Assembly (NCBI RefSeq): GCF_000315625.1
Contig: NW_005434668.1
Span: 304,938-368,937 of the forward strand
Length of the DNA: 64,000 bases
Source: Guillardia theta CCMP2712
Taxonomy: Eukaryota > Protista > Cryptophyta
Direction: 5' to 3'
Shown: positions 39,001 through 51,789 of the stretch, piece by piece
Position numbering within the stretch: position 1 is the stretch's first letter
Layout of the letters: every line of letters starts with the position of its first letter
Position numbers and translations under genes: made by a program
The notes under the pieces: generated by a model
The model's database searches: none
Seen by the model: only the letters and a program-made list of their open reading frames with translations
Told to the model about the DNA's origin: nothing

Positions 39001-40835
39001 CAATGCTGCCTAACAAATCTGCAGCCATCGTCTTAACAGCAAAAGGGAAATCTTTGATACACATCTCGTAGGAATATTTCCAAAATGCCTTCAAGACCAG
39101 GGAGGCAATCGGCCATTCTGGTGTCCCTAGAACGACTGTAACATCCATTACTACAGTTTGATAGAAGGATTTGTAACCACTAGCCTCCACTTTGTCAGTT
39201 TTTTTCACAATCAACTTTTGCATGAGATATCTGATGAACGTAAGCAGCAAGGGAAGAGCAGCATTCGTATTTGAGGTTTCAGTCTCCTCACGATCAACCG
39301 AGTTTAAGGGCCTTTTCACAACGGCTTGCAATAACGACAACAGAAGGGCTGTAGACATCTGGATAGAGGCAAGTCTTGGCGTGGAGAGTTGATAGCAAAA
39401 ATCCTTCGTAGCTGGTTTCCATGTACTGCACCTTACCAGGAATTCGTGAATTATATTTTCTCTGTGGCCATCATAATATGCAAAAATGTTTTGCATCAAC
39501 GGGATGCAAGCTTGTTGGCTGTAATATAAATACTCGGCACCCTCTGCAAAGAAGAGGCTTAGGCACAAGTTGGACACTCGCAGCAATTCCGAATCTTGAA
39601 ACTTGACGTTGGGAATACTGACAATCTTGTTCAATAACTGTATAGCTTCACTCATTATAGATGCATGACGAAAGCAATCTTGACGTAAATCATTCGTGCT
39701 CTGTCTCGACTTTCGTTTTCGCCCTGGCTTCTTTTCCTCAATTGCTAATTCTTCTTTCAGCGCCTTTTCCAATTCTGGCAAAAGTATTCGATTGCAATAT
39801 CCCTCCAAGAACCTGACAATAAACTCAAGCGTTTCATCTGTGTACACTTTCGGCCCGAGAACTTCGTCTGACAGAAACTGCATCGCCATCTGCGCACACC
39901 TCATGCATTGCATCGGCAGAGAGCCTTCCCACAAACCTTCGTTGCTGCACTGATTGATAGCAGGTTCAATGGCACGAAATACATCGCGTACAGTGTCTGT
40001 CGGAACTTCAACTAGCTTGTTTTGCACCTGAGCGTTTGTAATCTCTTCGCAGATGCTTTCCATGATGTCTTCCCAGCAAATAGATACACCTTGCACATCA
40101 TCGACCAACTGACTCAAGAGAGAAGATAAAAGCTCTAACGATGGACTGCTCTGCTCTTGATTCTCATCGAGCTCGACTTCGCCAAGGTTAGAAAGTTGAA
40201 TTTGATTCGAATCCTTCTCTGTCACAGGCTTGCTTGTGAACGAGCGCCTATCATTCCTCTTGCTTTGGTCAGGAGCAGGCAAGTGTACAGGCTGATTTGA
40301 GGAATCTCTTGCATCAATGTGGTGAAGATAGAGATTGTCCAAGAAGCCAGGCTGCTGTCTCTCAATCTGCTGCAAGAGTTCGTTCGAGTCAGGACGGAAC
40401 CTTTTAGAAGCCTCCATTCCCCTCTGGTTCATCCTCCTACAACGAAACTGAATGTCAGCGCGTGAACCATGGTAGTTGCAACTTACAGCTTGAGAGGTTC
40501 TGCTCGCATTAGAATCTGTAGCACCTCTTCAGCTTTGGGAGGTGCAGCTGCAGCCTCAGGCGGCGGCAGGATGGCATTCCAATCAGGGCACAAGGAAGGC
40601 ATAGGAGTTGCATTGGCAGCAAGACAAGGTGTGGATGTCGACATCTCCAACACAACTGGAACCCACATCAGTATCTAGACACAAAAACATCCCACACTCT
40701 CGGTACAGTCCCTCAGTCAAGCAGTAACAACTCTTCTCCTATGGCCATGCCTGCACTGCATGATATTGCCGGAATAACATATCGCAAGTCCTGCATTCTT
40801 GATGCATCCCTGCTTCTGATACTGCTATCCACCAT
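36053..40835 (-). CDS. NIPBL: Cohesin loader Nipped-B/SCC2 (one ~4.4-kb exon plus short 5' exons)
   Basis: 1459-aa HEAT-like ORF with LGTPEWPIASLVL, RQKALKALSQVVEMDP, DASKAVRAEAVLLVGKF, DTGSSVRKAAMNILRD, MQQYLERIL, GQVHPQLCIP. Confidence 0.92.
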
Positions 40836-40992
40836 TTTCTCGTCCCCTTGACTTCCTATCCTCATCTTCGGCCCCTTCCAGCACCCCCGCGTGAGTCTCC
40901 CCCTTCCCTTCAACATTGGCGGGAACCCACAAAGCCTTCGGTACATATAATTTCATTTATTTGCTCGTAATCTTTCCTCTTATATTCAAATT

Positions 40993-42250
40993 TCAATGAA
41001 CTATTTCATTCTGATGAATCACTTGATTTTGGAGGCACGGCGTCCAACTCGTAGGTAGGAAAATGACGCAGCACGCTCTATCGTTGTACACACGACGACA
41101 TGCGCGCAGATCAGCAAGGCTCGCCTGCTCTCCTGCAGGAATGTCCTGTTCAGCCAGCATCACAGCTTTCAAGTCAGTGGTTGCTGTACGACATGCCGCA
41201 AAATCTAGAGGGTGGGGTGGAGGCTCAGGGTTATCTTCTGAACACGAAAGGGTTGTTGAACTGGTGAAGAGAACAGCTGAAACACAAAGTGTTGAGTGAC
41301 AGAGACTGGGGAATTTTCTATACGAGAGAGAACGGGGAGTGGGTGTTGTTCTCGAAGTGCACTGAAGCACAGCAGCATGCTGCTCGTGCTCCAACCTGCT
41401 CCTGAAACGACTGGTCAGCTCTACTCCTGAAACTCTGAGGGAGGGCACAATCCATCACGAAGTTTACTCTCACTTCATGAAACATTCCCGCACAGACGCG
41501 CGAGACTACAACACAATCAACCTTACTGAAAAATCAAAGGAACCCTAAAATCAATATTTGTACACAAGATTCAATGATGTTGACCGGCTCATGTCAAGCA
41601 TGATCAGAAATAATTTTTCCACCACAGCATACAATCCCAGGCCTTGAAACTTGACCGGATGATTGACAATCGGCGAATACCCCCCAAGCACAGTTTACAT
41701 CGTTCTCTTGCCCACAAAAGGACCCCTCATCCACAAGTGGTCACGGAGACCAAAGAAGAGAAGCTGGGATTCCTTCAGCTGTTGCAGATGCTGAGCACCG
41801 TTGGCCTGGAAACCACGAACAGAGTTAGAAATGAAACAGGAGCACGATGTCATATCCAGCATTCTCACTTGAGGCCGGAACATTTAACAAATCAGCCATC
41901 AACCAGCATGCCTGATCACTTGCAACGAAACAAGGACATTCTACTGATAGTTCATTAAGCAACGGTTGTTTCAATTTCATACATGTACAACATTGACAGA
42001 GAAATTCTCATTGGAGTCCCACACGCTGTAATCCTCTGGACAAGACAGTTCCAAGGTTGGGCATACGACAGGAAATACAGGGAATGAAAAGATAAAACAT
42101 AAGACGAAATGTTCGTGTTCGACAGGAGATTGTCATTTTTGCAGGAGTTGTGCTTTCATATGCCTCAGAGACATGCCGTACCTGATTCTTGTAGGCGACG
42201 AAAACCGTGTTCATCATCTGCTGTTGATAGGACGGAATCATCGGCAACAA
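40993..42250 (-). other. Possible small spliced hypothetical gene(s), unresolved
   Basis: Short ORFs (40993-41448, 41695-41883, 42008-42250) with plausible splice sites but no recognisable motif. Confidence 0.2.
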
Positions 42251-42558
42251 GGGTGTAAATCAGTGGTCATAAGTTCGGAAATATTTCATCAATATAATGA
42301 TACTTTCAAGTTTAGGAATCAATATTTGAGAATTGTGTTGTGAATATTGTGATCGTAACACCCCAGAGAAAGAATTTCTCCGAAGTGGCGCCCAGGAATA
42401 GAAAAGTCAGCCGTTACGGAGACCCCTGCCACGACGTTTCAAAATAACGTTTTGTAACCATCTGCGCTGGTTCTTCACAATAACGACACGGAAACGATCT
42501 GTAACGTCCATACAGCAGCATTTCCAAAATAACAAGTGGAATTTGAAATCCTTGCAGT

Positions 42559-45500
42559 TTGATCTCAGTTACCCTCCAGCCAAGAGAGGACCTCCAACCA
42601 GCGTCCAACATCTCCATCTGCGACATCCAGTTCTCACAGACGTCCTCCCACTCGTTCTCCGCCGACCAATCGTTCCCGTACCGTCTCTGGTCGAACATCG
42701 AGGTCACAAGTGCTGAGTGGGTCAAGCAGGAGATGACAGGTTCCGGCTGCATGCTGTTCACTCTCTCAGAGGCGATGAGATCTAGCAACAAGACGGTCCT
42801 TTCTTTCCTCCTCCGCAACCCCTCCCATGCGTCTCAGTGCTCGCAGCTTGCGAGCATCCAAGTCAACCAAGAGCAGCAGGAGCGTATGAACGGCCCTTGT
42901 CTCCTCCATGCAGCCCGCGTGCCTGGCCTAACAAGCTTTTCTGCTTCCTCAAGCTCGGATGTCATCGGGGCGATCGCGACAGTCACCATTGACATGGTAC
43001 CCAACTTTGTCATTGCAAACTCAACAACCATCACTCTCTCCGGGATCTTCGACGGGTTCTCCTCCTCCAACAACTCGCTGGAGATGGTGGAGACAGTCGG
43101 AAACATACGCGTCGACTTCCAGGAGATTTACAGCAGGCTGGTGCTGACGTGTACAGACGTCGTCATGGCCAGGACCCAGCTCAGGATCACCTTCAAAATG
43201 CGCAACAAGTGGCAAGCGGACGCGTTTGGAGCCAGACTGAAAGTTATCATTGAGAACCTGCCCCTCCAAACTCAGCAGGACCTGGAGCTGTCGATCAACG
43301 GGCAGACAGTCCAGCTGCGGTCGGTGTCATCTACTTCAGCTGAGCTCTATGCTGGAGGGGTGCCGGTAAACCTCTACGTCTCGAACATCCGGTTGCCGCA
43401 GCATGACGGCCTGACCGGCAATTATCAGATCACAGCCACAAGGGGGAACTTGACTATCAGTGAAAGCTCCGCGATAGCTGGCTCGCTGATGGAGCCCTCG
43501 TTCGTCAGACTCCCAGCTGGTTTCCTATCTCCGGATCTTCCTCGTTACACCGAGCTGGATGGATACCCTGTCGAGATCTCCTCCTCCCCTAGTCAGTTAG
43601 GAGCATGCGATCCGCAGCGGCTTGCCCAAGGTTACCTCTCCCCCTACAACTGCGTCTTCCTCCCCGACCCGTCGAGCCTCCCTGCGCAGCAGGTACGGAG
43701 GGAAGGAGTACACCAAGCTTGACACCATTGACCTCACCATTCCCCGCGTGCGGTCAAGACGTTTCAGCGGATTCAGCGGCACCTTCCAGCTGCTAACCCT
43801 CGTGAGTAGCTACGAGATGATCGAGATGAACATGCAGGTCAACGGAGTCCACCTGCTCCCCGGCACGATGTCCAACGTTGTCTTCAGTCTCCCCTCCTTC
43901 ATCTCCCCTGTGCCCAGCTCCCTGCTCGTCAGCTTCAACTCCAGCAACCCTCTGGTCCCTGACTCTGAGGTCCGCATCGAGTTCTACAGCACCCCAGCAA
44001 ACCTCGAGCAGGCGAGCATCGGCTTCTTCGACGGGCCCTTTGACAACCTTATCATCGCCGGCACCTCGATCTCGGTCGGAGGTAACAAGATCCTCAAGCT
44101 CAAGCCACAAGGCGTTAGGGGCCTCGACCAGCCGTTCACTGCCGCCATGAGACTGGACGGCCTGACGTTCCTACAGACTACACCAATGCTCCCCGTAAGT
44201 CCTGACGACCTGTTTGACCTTTTTCCGTGGTCTTATAGCTGGGCTTCTGCAGGAATTTGTCGTGCAGACCATCTCGAGTCATGACAACCAGCTGATCGAC
44301 CAGAGCGACTTCACCAGCCCCAGCAGTGACTCTCATCAGTTTGCGCTGGCGCTGGTCAATGGGATCCTGGTGGCCTTTGACGCTTCAAGTCCCGATAAGG
44401 TAAGAAAGGGAGGACGAGAGAAGAGAATGTGAGGGGAGCAGGGGAGCAGGGGAGAGGAGAAGGAGAGGAAGGCAAATGGAGAGAAGAGGGAAAGTGAAGA
44501 CAAGGAGAGGAGGAGAGGAGGAGAGGAGGAGAGGAGGACAACGGGTTTGTCAAAACCTGCCGGATTTCACCAGCAACATAGAGTTCCCGAATGCCTTGCA
44601 CGGTGACTTGGATGTCTGCAGGCTGTACAGGTTGCCAACATCAGCCAGCTGGAGGTTGCGCAGCAGATCTCAGCGGTCGATGCCTCCTTCTCTTCCGTCT
44701 TGTTCATCGACAGCATATCCCTGGTCTCTCTGGACCTCAACTCCCATGAGATTACCTCCGTGCTCCTCAAGAGCGGTGCTTCTCTCGTCAACGAGCTCGT
44801 CTCCATGCGCTGGGATGTCGAGCGCGAGAGACTGGTGGGGATAGCGATCATGGACGACGGCTCCTACTACTGCGCGATTGACAGGTGAGCAGCAAATGCC
44901 CAGTTGTGTTTTAAGAATGTTTGACTTTTGTTTCTCCTCCTCTTCCTCCTCCTCCTCCCATTCACCTATCTTTCTCTCCTTCTCCACTTTTTCGCCATTC
45001 ACGAATCTTCCCTCCTCCTGTCTTTCCCTTTTTGTTCTGCTCCTCTTGCTGTTCTCTCGCTCGCTCCCTTCTCCTCCTCCTTCCTTTCAATCTCCTCTTG
45101 CTCTCTCCTTCCAACAGGTTTTCCGGAAACGTCACACGGCTCGCTGTCATTCCCAGCTGCGGTTCGATCGAATGCTCTCTCCAGCGAGGACTTTCAGCCT
45201 TCAGTCCGACCCTGGGGCTCTACTTCAGCGCCTCTTTCCTCGCCCTCCTCACACTTGACTCAACGACGGGACAGATTCTCTCCCATGCCAGCTGGCAGCC
45301 CGACGTGTCAAAGTTCGACGGTTTCTTCTCCCTGCAGTTTGCGGGTAACAGCAGCCTCAAGTCCAGCGGCGACGATGGTCTGCTGGGGCTCAGCACGCTA
45401 GGAGGGACGGAAGTCGCGCTCTTCAGCCTGAACTCGTACAGCGGGAGGGCAACCAAGGTTCTCAAGGTCATGGAGGCGGAGCAGGAGGCAGACCTGGTGG

Positions 45501-47940
45501 GAGGACCCTCGTGCTTGAGCGACAACAAGCTTTACCTCCTCCTCTACAGCACCCGCCTTGTCCTCATTGACCTGACCGATGGCGCCGTCTCCTTCCTCGC
45601 CCCCTTCAACCTTCAGGGCCTGGGGATACCCCAGCCTCAGACAAGCTGGCACTGGCTTGAACTCGTGCCGTTCCAGGTAGCCCGCAAGGTGGACATGTTC
45701 GACGACGTTCAGTTCTCAGTGTGGGACGACAACATCACCGTGCTGGGGCTGCCGGAGAGCCTACCCATCAGCCCAGGATCCTTTGTTCGCGGGGTGTATT
45801 TCTCCCTCACCCTGCTGGGCTCGGGGGTGCGAGTGAACGACAGCATGCAAATCACGCGCGTTGGAGACTGTCAGTCAGTGCTGCCCGGAGGTGGTCCCTT
45901 CCTCATCAGAACTCCAGAGCTCCACACCCAAGACTTCGCCCTTGACTTCACCGACGAGCAGCAAGCCCAGCTCTGCATCCTCAGTGGCAGCCTGCTCGAC
46001 AGGACCCTCCGGGTCGTCCCCTGGGCACCGGAGAGGGGGCTCAGCTTCCCGCTGTCGCAGGCTGTGGTGGAGCTGCCCGTCGCTCCTCTCCCGCTCGGCG
46101 CTCCCGTGCTCGCTACCATGCGCGGCTTGCTCTCAACAGGTGACCAGCTGAAGATGGTGGTGGACGACGGGACAGCCCAGCCTGTCGATCGGTGCAAGTA
46201 TTCTCAGATGGTGCCCGGCACGGAGGTGCTGGAGGTGCAAACGGGGGGGTTCTCCCTCACCCAGCGATACTCGCGAGGATCGACGTCGATCTCCACCTTC
46301 CAGCTGCTCCTGACGGACAACTCTACCAGCACAATGACCTTCTGCTACCGCCGGAGAGGTGAAAGATTTGCTCCTCCTCGTTTCCTCCTCTTTCTCCTCC
46401 TGCTCTCCTCGTCCTCCCCTCCTCCTCAGTCCCAGTCGTCCTCCTTATTCCTTCATTGCCATCAACTGTTCAATGTCCTCGTTACCCTACTCCAAGCCCT
46501 CCTGCTCCCCGTCTTCCTTCTCCAGCCACCACTGCCAAGCCTCCCTTTCTTCCCTTCTTCTCTCCCAGCTCCTCTCTTTCTTCCCTTCTTCTCTCCCAGC
46601 TCCTCTCTTTCTTCCCTTCTTCTCTCCCAGCTCCTCTCTTTCTTCCCTTCTTGTCTCCCAGCTCCTCTCTTTCTTCCCTTCTTGTCTCCCAGCTCCTCTC
46701 TTTCTTCCCTTCTTGTCTCCCAGCTCCTCTCTTTCTTCCCTTCTTGTCTCCCAGCTCCTCTCTTTCTTCCCTTCTTGTCTCCCAGCTCCTCTCTTTCTTC
46801 CCTTCTTGTCTCCCAGCTCCTCTCTTTCTTCCCTCCTTGTCTCCCAGCTCCTCTCTTTCTTCCCTTCTTGTCTCCCAGCTCCTCTCTTTCTTCCCTTCTT
46901 GTCTCCCAGCTCCTCTCTGGCTGACTCACCCGCCTGCACAGGTCTCCTCTCTTTCCTACCTGTTCCTTACAGGCTGGCGGAGCAGCAGCCTTCTCGTTCC
47001 CTCAAGTTCTCTGTACCTCTCTCCACTCTTACCACCTGCAGCTCCTCGTCCAGCTGCCCTACTCTTGTTACTGTCACTGTGTAGCGTCGTAGGTTTAGTC
47101 TCGCTTGTCGTCTCCTTGCCCGTACAGTGCCGCAGCTCAAGCCATGGCCTGAGGACGAGGGCAACGGCGGCATGGTGAGAGTCAGTGGCGGGCCCGGCAG
47201 CGTCAGGCGAGTCACGGACTCTCACGGATGGCTGATCTCGGAAGTTGGATAAGAGGATTTTGTTTTCTCGAGTGCAACCATAAACCCGCAGCTGATGATG
47301 AGAGAGGACGAGGCCAGCAGCCTCGTGCTGAGCAGCCTCCGGGAACCGTGGTCCCAAGAAAATGCAGAGTCAGAGAACTCCACACAACAATAGTATGTTG
47401 CGATGATTGCTAGAGAGACAGAGTCAGAGACAGTCAGAGACAGAGACAGAGACAGTCAGAGACAGAGAAAGAGCAAGCAGTGTGTTTATGAGAGAGTCAG
47501 AGTCAGAGTCAGAGACAGAGACAGAGAGAAGGAGGGAGGGAGGGAGGGAGGAGGGAGGGAGGGAGGGAGGGAGGGAGGGAGGGAGACACAGAAAGAGTCA
47601 GAGCTGCAAGGAAGCGAAGGGACGAGGGAGTTTGCGGCTGCCCCTCGGTTATGCGACTTCCCGCCAGGAGGAGAAGGAGTCAAGTTTGTTATGGCAGCAT
47701 CACTTTCAACATGGCATGGCTTGGAGGTCTGCGAGCGAAGCTGGAGGAAGAGGAGAATGTCAGGGTTCATGGTCAAAAGCAACTGCTTCCTGCCGTCGAG
47801 TCAGACAAGATTCAATCAACGTGAAAGCCATGCATATGTCCCTTCTCCGGACCTTGGGAAAAGCTCCACTGCTGGCATACAGCAGGTCCGAGGTTACAGC
47901 TGCAAGCAGGATACAGCAGTGGACGAAGGCTCCGCTCTAA
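42559..47940 (+). CDS. Large beta-rich extracellular-type protein (repeated beta-sandwich units plus a propeller-like region); both ends uncertain
   Basis: Successive long same-strand ORFs (387, 220, 667 aa) separated by intron-like gaps. Repeated pattern ISVTLQP..L.P.SNISI / ATVTIDMVPNFVIANSTTITLSG and many NxS/T sites. Confidence 0.55.
46545..46918 (+). repeat. 31-bp pyrimidine-rich minisatellite (~12 copies) in an intron
   Basis: Unit ctcccagctcctctctttcttcccttctt(c/g)t; successive cccagc words at 46564, 46595 and onward. Confidence 0.95.
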
Positions 47941-48192
47941 TTCCTCTCTCCTCTTCCTTCCTCCAGCTCCTCGCCTCTCTCGCTCGCCCACTACCTTGAT
48001 GGTCTCAAGTGCTCAGTGTGCTACATAAATGCGACTTTCCACCTTTTTCAAGTGAAATGAATTCAGAATGAATGAATGAAAGGCAAGAAAAGTCTTCACA
48101 CTGTCCTTCTTCTCGTTCACAATCTACTTCTCATTTGGTCTTGTTCTTTGTTATCGTACCTCTTTTGATATTCTCAAAGCGATGTCTAGCCT

Positions 48193-50574
48193 TCATATCA
48201 TTCTCAGACTCTCCAGCTGCCTTTTAGTCTCCATCACTGACTGCAAATTTGCTGGAGACCAGACGCTTTTCCCGCTTTTTGAGAACGAGAGAAAGATCTC
48301 ATCGCCCATTCCCTCCTCTTCCTCCCCCCCCGCCTCGCGTTCGTCAGGATCAGCCTGTGTATGTAAGAGATCACAAACAGCTGGTCGCAGGCAGCAGCAT
48401 ACCTTGAGGAAGATGTATCCCCTCCCAACCGTTTCTATTCGCATCTTCTTCAGGTGCTCTTCCCATTCTAATCTGAAGTGAACGTCACAATTTTAATCTT
48501 CACTCGCGTAGCCTCTGCCCATTCCCTTCCCGTTTCTCCTCCTGCTTCTGCTCCTGCTCCTGCTGCTCCTGCTCCTGCTTGTCCTCTTAATTCTTCTTCT
48601 CCGTCGCATTTTGATTCATATTACTCTTGCTCCTAAGTTCTTTGTCTCTTTGTAAGTTTTGCCTGCTCACCTTTCAACTTTGTTTCCAGCTCGGGCTTCG
48701 CTGTATGTGGCAGGCTAGTGAAATCCTCAATAAGTCGCTCAGGTTCATCCTTCTCTCTCACCGTGTACATATTCTCCTCCTTGTCTACATGTACTAAGCA
48801 CCTCCATCTTCGTCTTCCACGGCTTTCGCTAAGGGGAGACGATTCGATCAGCCACCTGCTCGTCTTTTAGTGGATGTCTACCGCACTCGACCATCACCTG
48901 CTCATCCTCTCCGGAAGGAGATGAGCACAAAAGATCTCCGTTACAATCGCTACTCTCCCTCCAGCAGCCAGGTGTCGGCTTGCCCCGGTAATGATCCTTT
49001 TGAGGACTGCTTCTCCATCTTCTCCTCCTGCAACAAGAATCAACCGCATCTGTTTGACTCTCGTGTTCTCATTCCGACCATCAGCAAAGACGTCATATCG
49101 CTTGACCCGTTTCTTGAGATCAGACGGAACAGGAACGAAGGGAGGATTCGACAAGATGACGTCAAACCTCCTCTGCGACACCACAACTTCACTTTCAGAG
49201 CCTGCATCATGATTGGTGAGACCAGACGAATCATTCCTCACATCAGTCACATTACAATTCTTTTGAGCATCTTCACTTACCCATCTCATGTCCCATCTCG
49301 TCATGAAAGTCATAGAGATCGCCCTGCACGACCTTCACACTTGACGTAACTCCGTTGATCATCGCATTGAACCTCGCAAACCGAACGGCCCGTTCGTTGA
49401 TGTCAACACACGTCACCTGCTTGCCGTACAGTTTCGCTGCTGCAATCCCTTGGATCCCACTCCCGCAGCACAGATCGAGCACTGCCTCCTCTTCCTTGCG
49501 AGGAGCATGATGAACTAGACCGAGGGAGTCGGGCCCGATGTACATGACAGGCTCTTCTTCCAGCGCGGCAGAGCATGGAGGCATGAGATCTGTCACCATC
49601 AGCAGTCCCATGCTCTCATCTGAGCTCTCCCCTCGTAGCAGAGCAGAGGGGTCGATGGGAAAAATCTGTACATGAGGTACTAACAGTCCTGGGATGGCGG
49701 GAGAGGGGCCGACGAGCGACAACCTCGTCATGGCGGAGAGAACTTGATCGCCAAGAAGCTCTTGCACCTGCTCCACTGGAAGAGAGAGGCCAAGGAGGAG
49801 CATACGGATGACGACGTCTAGCTCGTCTCGTGGCGATGTCTGCATGCCAAGCAGATGTGCATGTCGGTGGTCGAACCTCCGCCGCACGTAAAAAGGCCCC
49901 GCTGTTTTTGCTCCAGCAAGCCCGAACCTCTGTTGCACCTTTGCTGCTGTGTATCCGATACTTGTCAAGAAGTTTTGCAGGACTAGAGCGTCTCTTACTG
50001 AATTGTTCTCTTCCTTCCTCTCAATATTTGATGAGAAGTCTCGAAGAACTTCGTTGATCCCCGTGGAAGTCACAAACTTCCCGTCCCACTGCGCCCAATC
50101 CGGTCTCAGTGACATGGCTATGCGGAAGTGAAGGAGCGCTCTTTGGCGATAGCTTGGATCTCTCTGTGTGAGCAAGGAGGAGATTCTAGCTGCGTGAAAG
50201 TGACTCGCCGCGTCTTCAGGATCGTTTCTCAAAATGTTGGCAATCTGATTTAATGCTTCTTCATACCTTCCCTCCTCTTCCATCGCCAGAGCCTTCACGA
50301 CTCCTCCATCATCATGCAGGCTTCTTTCAGGAGGCTCACGGAGAGTTGCGAAAATGAGGTTTCGCGTCCCACGTCTCGTCCTCCTTCTGGTCCTACCATC
50401 CCGACCTAGGAAGCATATGGCGGGCAAGCAGGAAGATCTTTGAGAACAAGAAAGAGTTGAAGTGGAAGACAGATGCTGATGCGAAGATGGAGAGAAGGAA
50501 AATATGGGAGATGTCATTGTCATCGTCATTATCATCGCCATCCTTCTCATCCGCGTTACCGATCGCATTTGCAT
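48193..50574 (-). CDS. Class I SAM-dependent methyltransferase (HemK/MTS-like, NPPF motif) with an N-terminal TPR-like region; possible plastid presequence
   Basis: VMYIGPDS, VLDLCCGSGIQG, VDINERAVRFARFNA, QGDLY, FDVILSNPPFVP, GEDGEAVLKRI; TPR-like EEGRYEEAL...DPEDAASHFHAA. Confidence 0.8.
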
Positions 50575-50595
50575 GATGGTACCTGGATCAGGTTT

Positions 50596-51180
50596 AAACC
50601 TAAACCCTTCAGATAAGCGTTTTAGGGCAATGATGAAAGTTGTGCCCGGTACTAATTTCCGAAGTTCAAGTTAGGGGCCCGGGCCGCAGTAGTATACTGG
50701 GACAATGGGCCAACCTCCCAAGGTTGGGAACCCCCTTTAGACGGGTTTAGGGTTTAGTAAGGGCCAACCTCCAAGGTTGGGAACCCCTTTAGAAGATGAG
50801 CGAAGAGCAATAGCCTACGGTTCTTAGCTATGAAATTCTCGACTAAGAGTCTAATAAACTCAAATAATAATAATAATAATAGGGTTTAGGGTTTAGGAGG
50901 CCGCCGGAGTAACAGACAGAGGCCGCCGGAGCAACAGTGACAGGCCGCCGGAGTAGTAACAGACATGCTCAGTCCTCCCCTGCAGTTTGAGGGGATCCCT
51001 GCGAGCCTAGGGTGCTGAACAGCAGATCTTTCTGTGCAGAAACGGTTGTTTGATCATGTGGTATCTATCCAAAGAGGAAAGGAAACAGATTGCTCGTGTC
51101 CGAGTTTCCCAGTTCCTAAACAAGGACACGACACCTTCAGCACCTTCGCGGGTTTAGGGTTTAGGGTTTAGGAGGCCGGG
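50596..51180. repeat. Cluster of interstitial TTTAGGG telomeric repeats with local direct repeats
   Basis: aaacctaaaccc (50596), gggtttagggtttag (~50742, ~50881), gggtttagggtttagggtttagg (~51150). Also a ~33-bp direct repeat at 50707/50761, (AAT)6 and 3x aggccgccggag. Confidence 0.85.
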
Positions 51181-51789
51181 CCTGTCAGGAGACCTCCTTC
51201 ATCTCCATGAGAGTCTCCTGGGCATCTCCTCGATGTATGTGCGACAAGAAGACAAATTGAAAATGAAGTTGATGGAGCTGGGACTCATAGTAAACTCAGT
51301 CGATAGAGACTTACAGACCTGAGATAGCACGAGCAGACGACATCTCAGTCACCATCTCCTTCCTTCGGAATGACGAAGCCATCGCACTCTGCGGCAAGGC
51401 AGCAGAGAGTACAGCATCGACGGGCGAGTTTTCAGAGCAACTGAAGTCAGCATCGCGCACGACCGTGACCGATCGTTCAAGCTCCGAGCCAAGCGAGGAT
51501 ATCGATTTCAGCTGGCTTTGCAATCTCTCGCCGCCGCAGAGGTACAACCGCTTGCGGGCATGCTAGTGCAGGGAGCTGGGCAGAGAGGTCGCAAGGGGCC
51601 GAGACGTTTGCAGTCGAGCTGACAGCCGACACCTTCGTGCCAAGGGGCAAGCTGGCCAAGCAGAGGAAGGTACTGTGAGACAGGGATCAGGCTCAACGCG
51701 GCAGCTTCAGAGTCACTGAGTGCTGATCAAGTCGACGTCAAGCATGAGCACGAGCACCTCAACAACAAAAATCAAGCGAGTAGCGTTGG

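Noticed and set aside
46545-46918. 31-bp repeat array as a CRISPR array or repeat protein (ORFs 46359-47084, 46456-47178, 46462-46929)
   Set aside because: Head-to-tail units with no spacers and no cas genes. It sits in an intron, and the ORFs are by-products of a stop-free pyrimidine repeat.
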